DNA from: Gaiellaceae bacterium
Lineage (GTDB): Bacteria > Actinomycetota > Thermoleophilia > Gaiellales > Gaiellaceae
NCBI GenBank assembly: GCA_035758735.1
Contig: DASTWH010000077.1
Span: 1 to 31,343, forward strand
Length of the DNA: 31,343 nucleotides
Direction of reading: 5' to 3'
Position 1 is the stretch's first letter; each line of letters starts with the position of its first letter. The notes below the pieces were generated by a model. That model was not told the origin of the DNA. It was given only the letters and a program-made list of their open reading frames with translations, and did not search any database. Shown in pieces: positions 26,243-31,343 of the stretch. Made by a program: the position numbers and the translations under genes.

Positions 26243-26562
26243 GGGAAGCGGCGCGGCGCCGGGCCGTCGGGCACGAGGCGTCCGAGCAAGCCGCGCCGGT
26301 TCGCGATCGCCCGGTACAGGGCATCCGGCAAGCGTCCGCGGACGCCGAGGTGGCTCCGCGACGAGCCGTCGCGGTGCGCCAGGCGCCAGCTGACGAAGCG
26401 CTCGTCCTCCGGCAACGGCGCAACGAGCGGGGCGGCCGCGGCGTCGTCGAGTGGGAGGACGGCCAGGCGTCCGCGACGGTCGAGGCGGACGACGGCACGC
26501 GCCGCCCAGCGGCAGAAGCGTCAGCCCGCGTCGTACAGGAGGACCGGCCGCCCGAGCGTCAT
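26239..26562 (-). CDS. DCC1-like (DUF393) thiol-disulfide oxidoreductase with in-frame TGA at the first motif Cys: candidate selenoprotein, or nonsense allele
   Basis: Manual translation: MTLGRPVLLYDAG*RFCRWAARAVVRLDRRGRLAVLPLDDAAAAPLVAPLPEDERFVSWRLAHRDGSSRSHLGVRGRLPDALYRAIANRRGLLGRLVPDGPAPRRFP-TAG. TGA at 26523-26521 is codon 14; ATGA-coupled to the upstream deacetylase gene. Confidence 0.8.
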
Positions 26563-27614
26563 CGCGCACCCTCGAACCCCTCGAGGGTCGCGCGGACGAG
26601 GGGGCCGATCGTCTCGAGCACGTAGCCGCCCTCCTGGACGAAGACCGTCGGGAGCCCCAGTCGCCCGAGCAGGCGTCCCGCCTCTCGGTACCCGGGCTCT
26701 GTGACGGCCAGGGGCGAGTTGGGATCACCTTCCGCGGCATCGACGCCCAACGCGACGACGAGTGCCTCCACTCCGTGCTCCTCGGCCGCCGCCGTCAGGC
26801 GGTCCAGTGCGGCGAGCCAGGTCGCGTCGCCAGACCCGGGAGGCAACGGGAGGTTGAGATTCGCGGCGCCGACCTCGTCGGCGAAGCCGAGGAAGTGGGG
26901 AAACCAGCCCGCTCCCGGGTCGACGTGCACCGACCCGGTGAGCACGTCGTCGCGCTCCCAGAAGATCGCCTGTGCGCCGTTGCCGTGGTGCGCGTCGACG
27001 TCGAGGAGCGCGACGCGGTTGTTCCCCCGGTCGCGGAGGTACTGCGCGGTGACGGCCGCGTTGTTCAGGTAGCACGAGCCGCCGAACGAAGACCGCGTGA
27101 CGTGGTGCCCGGGCGGACGGCAGCACGCGTACGCGACCGGCGCTCCGTCGAGGACGAGATCCGCCGCCGTGAGCGCCGCGTCGACGGCCCCGCGTGCGGC
27201 CCTCCACGTTCCCTCCGCGACGGCTGTCATCGTGTCGAAGCACCAGGCGCCGGTGCGCGCCGAGAGCGCGGCCGGCACGTGCGGCTCGACCCCCGCGAGG
27301 AGACCGGGCGTGGGGAAGATGTAGCCGATGACGTCCCGCTGACCCGACTCGGCCGGCATGCCGCCGGTGCTCCAGGTCTCCCACGCGGTGCGCAGGAACT
27401 CGACGAGCCCGGGGTCATGGACGGCGAGGAGCGCGTCGTCGGGATGCGGCGTCGCGACGACGACCTCCGCGCCTGCGTCCTCGAGCGCTGCGCGGATACG
27501 GTCTGCCCGCGCGGGCAGCTCGTCGCCATCGATCGGCATTCCGACCCAGACTGCGCGCTCCGGCGCGTGAAGGCGGTGGGCCTCGCTCCACGTGACCGGC
27601 ATCGCGAGCGCCAC
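26559..27614 (-). CDS. Histone deacetylase-family amidohydrolase, acetylpolyamine amidohydrolase-like
   Basis: CRPPGHH, GGSCYLNNAA, LDVDAHHGNG, GVDAAEGDP, QEGGY (catalytic Tyr kept), N-terminal ELPARADRI. Alternative ATG at 27602. Confidence 0.9.
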   Translation of the reverse strand: MALAMPVTWSEAHRLHAPERAVWVGMPIDGDELPARADRIRAALEDAGAEVVVATPHPDDALLAVHDPGLVEFLRTAWETWSTGGMPAESGQRDVIGYIFPTPGLLAGVEPHVPAALSARTGAWCFDTMTAVAEGTWRAARGAVDAALTAADLVLDGAPVAYACCRPPGHHVTRSSFGGSCYLNNAAVTAQYLRDRGNNRVALLDVDAHHGNGAQAIFWERDDVLTGSVHVDPGAGWFPHFLGFADEVGAANLNLPLPPGSGDATWLAALDRLTAAAEEHGVEALVVALGVDAAEGDPNSPLAVTEPGYREAGRLLGRLGLPTVFVQEGGYVLETIGPLVRATLEGFEGAR

Positions 27615-27617
27615 CCG

Positions 27618-28301
27618 CTACCCCGCGATGCGGTACTCGGCGGCCACGTCTGCCGTGAGGTACGCGGCGGAAGGGCTTCCCGCGGGGGTGAAGATCCCGA
27701 TGATCGTCATCTCGCCCTCGCCGGCGTTCTCCACGATGTGCACCTGGCGCGGCCGGAGCCTGAATGCCGTGCCGGCTCCGAGCTCGTCGGTTCCGCCCTC
27801 GAGATGCAGGCGCCCCGAACCCTCGGGGACCCAGACGATCTCGTCGTACAGGTGGTAGTGCCACGGCGCCTTCCCCGGCGGGATGAAGCCCGCGAAGAGT
27901 GTCGCGCGCGTCGATCCGTTGTGAGGCCCGAAGAGGATCTGGAACGAGCGTGCACTCGTCGCGGCCTCCGCGTCGGCGTCGTCGAGCGAGGTGACGAGCT
28001 CCGCAGGGCCCATCGGCGCGTGGAGGTCGGCGTCGGCGCCGACCGTCGCGACGAACGCCTCGAGCTCGTCCGTCGCGGCCAGCTGGGCCTCGCTCCCCGC
28101 CCGGACGAAGCCCGCGCTGCCCGCGCGCACGGATGCGGCATCGTCTCCGATCGAGAGCAGTCCCGCCCCGCGGCCGACGTAGACGAGCGAGTCGTGTTCC
28201 GGCTCGCCGATCGCTGCCGTCATCCCTGCACCGGGAAGCGTGAGCGTTCGCAGAGCGAGCGCCGAGCCGTCGAGCGCGCGGACGTCGAATGGGTCGTGCA
28301 C
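27618..28301 (-). CDS. Two-domain cupin protein
   Basis: The C-terminal cupin has metal ligands (PWHYHLYDEIV...EGSG...PRQVH); the N-terminal cupin-like half lacks them. Confidence 0.8.
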   Translation of the reverse strand: MHDPFDVRALDGSALALRTLTLPGAGMTAAIGEPEHDSLVYVGRGAGLLSIGDDAASVRAGSAGFVRAGSEAQLAATDELEAFVATVGADADLHAPMGPAELVTSLDDADAEAATSARSFQILFGPHNGSTRATLFAGFIPPGKAPWHYHLYDEIVWVPEGSGRLHLEGGTDELGAGTAFRLRPRQVHIVENAGEGEMTIIGIFTPAGSPSAAYLTADVAAEYRIAG

Positions 28302-28327
28302 GAGGCGGGAATGTAGCGTCCGTTCTC

Positions 28328-28612
28328 GTGGCCTCGTGCACGCACCTCGACACCGTCGCGTTCCGCGATGTTCCCGAGGAGATCCCGGGTTGTGAGGACT
28401 GCCTGAAGATCGGCGGCTGGTGGGTGCACCTGCGCCTGTGCACGACCTGCGGTCACATCGCGTGCTGCGACAACTCGCCGAACCGGCACGCGACGGCGCA
28501 CGCGGGTGAGACCGGCCACCCGGTCATGCGCTCGATCGAGCCGTTCGAGAACTGGTTCTGGTGCTACGTCGACGAGGTCGCGTTCCTCGCCGACGCCCTC
28601 CCCGATCGCTAG
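28328..28612 (+). CDS. Stand-alone UBP-type zinc finger protein
   Basis: CTHL...GCEDC...WVHLRLCTTCGHIACCDNSPNRHATAH...WFWCYVD; GTG 28328 with TAGCGT 8 nt upstream. Confidence 0.9.
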   Translation: MASCTHLDTVAFRDVPEEIPGCEDCLKIGGWWVHLRLCTTCGHIACCDNSPNRHATAHAGETGHPVMRSIEPFENWFWCYVDEVAFLADALPDR

Positions 28613-29643
28613 CGACGGCTCCGCGGGAAGAAGCGGTCGTCCGATCGACGTTCGAAGACCCTCTCAGCCCGACCTTCGAACCATCCGGCCCGCACGTCGT
28701 CGGCGGGTGCGTCGAAGAGGGGGACGTACGGCTTGAGGTCGAGGACGGGCGTGCCCGAGAGGAGGTCGAGCCCGGAGACCACGACAGCGAGGTCCTCGAC
28801 CTCCACGAGCTCCGCGAGCGACAGCCCGACCGCGTTCGGCCGCCGGGGGGAACGCGTCGCAAACGTGCCGTGAGTCCGATCGTCGAGGAACGTGGGCACC
28901 GCCGGATCCCAGCCCGTCGTCTCGTGCAGGTGCGCGAGCACCCAGACGTGCGAGAAGCCGTCGAGGTCGTCGAGGCAGCCGCGATGTGGCTCGAAGACGT
29001 CGATGCGGGAGTGGCCGCTCGTGTCCGCGATCGGCTGCAGCGGCATGCCGTCGAGGTCGGCATGGGGTGACACGACGACACCGATCGGGCGGTACACGAC
29101 CGGCTCCACGGTACGGTGGTCGAGGAGCGCCTCCACGAAGGAGAGCGCTGCCCGTACCACCGAGAGCCGCCACAGGACGAGTGTCCGGTCGAACGCGGTC
29201 GACGACCGCAGCTGGCGCTCGAGCGCGAGCTCGCCGCGGGTGAGGAATCCCGCCTGGTCACGCAGGAGAGCAACGGGGTCGGTGCCCGCGCGCTCGTGGA
29301 AGAGCAGCTTGAGCATGAGCTCCGAGCGGAGGTCGCGGACGTGGCCGACCGCCGAGTCGCGCCACTTCCCGAACGCGGCGCGGCCGCGCCGCGTAACGGC
29401 GAGTGTCGTTCGCGCGGGGCCCTCGTCGCTCGCAGCCGTCCCCTTCTCCTCGATGAGCCCGGCTTCGCGTAACTGTCCCAGCGCCCGGTACACGAGCGGC
29501 CGCGTGCACGAGTACACGCGGCCGATCTCGCCGTCCGCAGCGAGCTCGCGCGCCATCGCCCAGCCGTGCCGCGGGCCCTCGCAGAGGAGACCCAAGGCCG
29601 CCCATTCGGGCAGCGAAGGTGTAAGGCGCGTTGGTCGGCTCAT
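28609..29643 (-). CDS. PadR-family wHTH regulator fused to a TrmO/TsaA-like SAM-binding domain
   Basis: Residues 1-~177: WAALGLLCEGPRHGWAMAREL...VYRALGQLREAGLIE...VTRRGR plus a helical tail. Residues ~183-322: YRPIG, LDGFSHVWVL, GTFATRSPRRPNAVGLS, GTPVLDLKPY. One uninterrupted ORF. Confidence 0.88.
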   Translation of the reverse strand: MSRPTRLTPSLPEWAALGLLCEGPRHGWAMARELAADGEIGRVYSCTRPLVYRALGQLREAGLIEEKGTAASDEGPARTTLAVTRRGRAAFGKWRDSAVGHVRDLRSELMLKLLFHERAGTDPVALLRDQAGFLTRGELALERQLRSSTAFDRTLVLWRLSVVRAALSFVEALLDHRTVEPVVYRPIGVVVSPHADLDGMPLQPIADTSGHSRIDVFEPHRGCLDDLDGFSHVWVLAHLHETTGWDPAVPTFLDDRTHGTFATRSPRRPNAVGLSLAELVEVEDLAVVVSGLDLLSGTPVLDLKPYVPLFDAPADDVRAGWFEGRAERVFERRSDDRFFPRSRR

Positions 29644-29660
29644 GGAGTAGTCAACAAATA

Positions 29661-29677
29661 ACTACCACAGTGGTAGT
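29661..29677. promoter_or_regulatory. Perfect 17-bp palindrome, candidate operator between padR-trmO and the mod operon
   Basis: ACTACCAC-A-GTGGTAGT overlaps a TAGTGT -10-like hexamer (29674-29679). Confidence 0.7.
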
Positions 29678-29685
29678 GTGCCGAC

Positions 29686-29799
29686 GTGGATCGACGACAG
29701 TTCGTCTTCGCGTCGCTGGGCGCCGGTTCGGCCGAACCGTTCCCCGTCGCGCTCGACATCGAGTCGGCGAGCGATGCAATCGAGAGGTACCTCGGATGA
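29686..29799 (+). CDS. Putative 37-aa small ORF with a twin-arginine-like N-terminus, coupled to modA
   Basis: GTG 29686 lies 6 nt after TAGTGT. Translation MDRRQFVFASLGAGSAEPFPVALDIESASDAIERYLG; its TGA overlaps the modA ATG (ATGA). Confidence 0.5.
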   Translation: MDRRQFVFASLGAGSAEPFPVALDIESASDAIERYLG

Positions 29800-30527
29800 A
29801 GTGGCTCGCGGCTCTCGCCGTCTCCGTCGCCGTAGTCGCAGGAAGTGCAAGTGCGTACGCGCAGTCCCAGCCGCTGACCATCTATGCGGCCGCGTCGCTC
29901 ACCGACGCGTTTCGAGCATTCGATCCCGACCAGCGCTACAGCTTCGCGGGCTCGAACGCCCTCGAAATGCAGATCCGCAACGGCGCGCCGGCCGACATCT
30001 TCGTCTCGGCCGCGCCGCTCAACACCCAGCGGCTCTTCCGGCAGAACCTCGTCGGGAAGCCGGTGACGTTCACCTCGAACCGGCTCGCGTTGATCGTTCC
30101 CAGGTCGAACCCCGCGGGGATCCGCTCGGTCTACGACCTCAAGCGGAAGCCCGTCAAGCTCGTGATCGCCGGCGCCGCCGTGCCTGTCGGGGGGTACACG
30201 CGGACTGTGCTGCGGAAGATGGGCCTGTCGTCCGTCCTCTCGAAGGTCGTGAGCCAGGAGACGGACGTGCGGGCAGTCACCGGAAAGGTCGCTCTCGGTC
30301 AGGCCGACGCCGGGTTCGTGTACGTCACCGACGCCCGTGCGGTCGCAGACCGCGTGACCGTCATCAGGATCCCCGCCTGGGCGCAGCCTCGCGTGCGCTA
30401 CGAGATCGCCGTCGTGTCGAGCTCGTCGAAGAAGCCCGCGGCGCAGGCGTGGATCAGGACCCTCTTGTCCGCGCGCGGCCAAGCGGCGCTCAAGGAGTAC
30501 GGATTCCTTCCGGTTCCGGGCGCGTAG
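29796..30527 (+). CDS. modA: Molybdate ABC transporter substrate-binding protein
   Basis: Signal peptide, then IYAAASLTDAF, FAGSNAL, NGAPADIFVSA, VPVGGY, DVRAV, ADAGFVYVTD. Confidence 0.93.
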   Translation: MKWLAALAVSVAVVAGSASAYAQSQPLTIYAAASLTDAFRAFDPDQRYSFAGSNALEMQIRNGAPADIFVSAAPLNTQRLFRQNLVGKPVTFTSNRLALIVPRSNPAGIRSVYDLKRKPVKLVIAGAAVPVGGYTRTVLRKMGLSSVLSKVVSQETDVRAVTGKVALGQADAGFVYVTDARAVADRVTVIRIPAWAQPRVRYEIAVVSSSSKKPAAQAWIRTLLSARGQAALKEYGFLPVPGA

Positions 30528-31343
30528 CAGGCGGCGCGCTCTTCAGGACGACGCTCGTTCTGGCCACGAGCGTCGTCCTCCTCTTTCTGCTGCTCCCGAT
30601 CGTCGCGGTCTTCCTCCAGATCCCGCCCGGTGAGCTCGTGTCGGCGCTGGGCTCCGACGCCGCTCGCGACGCCCTCCGCGTCACCGCGGAGACGATCTCG
30701 ATCTCGATGCTCGTGATCCTCGTGTTCGGGACCCCGGCCGCGTACTGGATCTCGACGCGTCGCGGGGCGCTCCGCGACCTGCTGGTGACGCTCGTCGAGC
30801 TGCCGCTCGTCCTCCCGCCGGCAGTCGCCGGGATCGGACTGCTCGTCGCGTTCGGTCGACTCGGGCTCCTCGGTGGCACCTTCGACGCTCTCGGCATCGA
30901 CATCGCGTTCACGAAGGCCGCGGTCGTCCTCGCGGTGACCTTCGTCGCGAGCCCCTTCTACCTCCGGACCGCGATCGCGTCGTTCGAGGTCGTGGATCCG
31001 ACGCTGCCCGCCGCGGCGAGGACTCTCGGCGCCGGGCCGGCGCGGGTGTTCGCCCGCGTGATGCTCCCGCTCGCGCGAGGCGGCCTCGGCGCCGGCGCTG
31101 CCCTCGCGTTCGCTCGCGGCCTCGGCGAGTTCGGCGCGACGATCATGTTCGCGGGATCGCTGCAGGGCGTCACACAGACGCTCTCGCTCGCGATCTACGA
31201 GCAGTTCGACATCGACCTCGACGTCGCGCTCGCGATCAGCGCCTTTCTCATCCTCCTGAGCGCGCTCGTCCTGTTGTCCGTCAAGCTCCTGAGCCGATGG
31301 CGCTCCGGGTCCGATTCGCTCACGCTCTTCGCAGCTTTCGCGC
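30503..31343 (+). CDS. modB: Molybdate ABC transporter permease (start uncertain; stop beyond the window)
   Basis: Manual translation (absent from the ORF track): LLLPIVAVF, ELPLVLPPAVAGIGLLVAFG, FVASPFYLR, AARTLGA, FARGLGEFGATIMFAG, TLSLAIY. Confidence 0.9.
   Translation, partial: MPSGSGRVAGGALFRTTLVLATSVVLLFLLLPIVAVFLQIPPGELVSALGSDAARDALRVTAETISISMLVILVFGTPAAYWISTRRGALRDLLVTLVELPLVLPPAVAGIGLLVAFGRLGLLGGTFDALGIDIAFTKAAVVLAVTFVASPFYLRTAIASFEVVDPTLPAAARTLGAGPARVFARVMLPLARGGLGAGAALAFARGLGEFGATIMFAGSLQGVTQTLSLAIYEQFDIDLDVALAISAFLILLSALVLLSVKLLSRWRSGSDSLTLFAAFA
31297..31343 (+). CDS. modC: Probable start of the molybdate ABC ATPase (partial)
   Basis: ATG 31297 gives MALRVRFAHALRSFR inside the 3' end of modB. 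Identified from operon position and an N-terminus like that of ModC; only 15 codons are visible. Confidence 0.5.
   Translation, partial: MALRVRFAHALRSFR

Noticed and set aside
29680-29795. Possible Moco/Wco riboswitch upstream of modA
   Set aside because: Only one short hairpin is visible, the region is short and it reads as an ORF; I could not match the multi-stem Moco motif. An Rfam/Infernal search would settle it.

Overview
High-GC (about 70% by eye), densely coding chromosomal window. Gene content, widespread leaderless-type starts and Sec-exported RTX-repeat proteins suggest a deep-branching actinobacterium such as Thermoleophilia/Gaiellales (inference, not a database result). In order it holds: a partial GT1 glycosyltransferase; an XRE-cupin (PuuR-like) regulator with a potA-D-B-C polyamine ABC transporter; MarR+MFS; a PNPOx-like protein; a ClC channel; a ~13 kb phosphate/polyphosphate cluster (PhoP-like regulator, soluble PhoR-like kinase, pstB-phoU-pstS-pstC-pstA, SixA-like phosphatase, ppx, ppk1, pit, DUF47) with PHO-box-like 11-bp repeats; a Rieske oxygenase; an ACE-like M2 peptidase, ltrA and an ICL/PEP-mutase gene; a cupin and an acetylpolyamine-amidohydrolase-like gene; a ZnF-UBP protein; and the start of modABC. 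Three items stand out and are not resolved by the ORF track. (1) A DCC1/DUF393 thiol-disulfide oxidoreductase gene (26239-26562, minus) has an in-frame TGA exactly at the first Cys of DxxCxxC, so it is a candidate selenoprotein or a fresh nonsense allele. (2) A PadR regulator is fused to a single-domain TrmO/TsaA SAM-binding barrel and lies divergent from modABC across a perfect 17-bp palindrome. (3) A leaderless 37-codon twin-arginine-like ORF is coupled to modA. No tRNA, rRNA, CRISPR array or mobile element was recognised.
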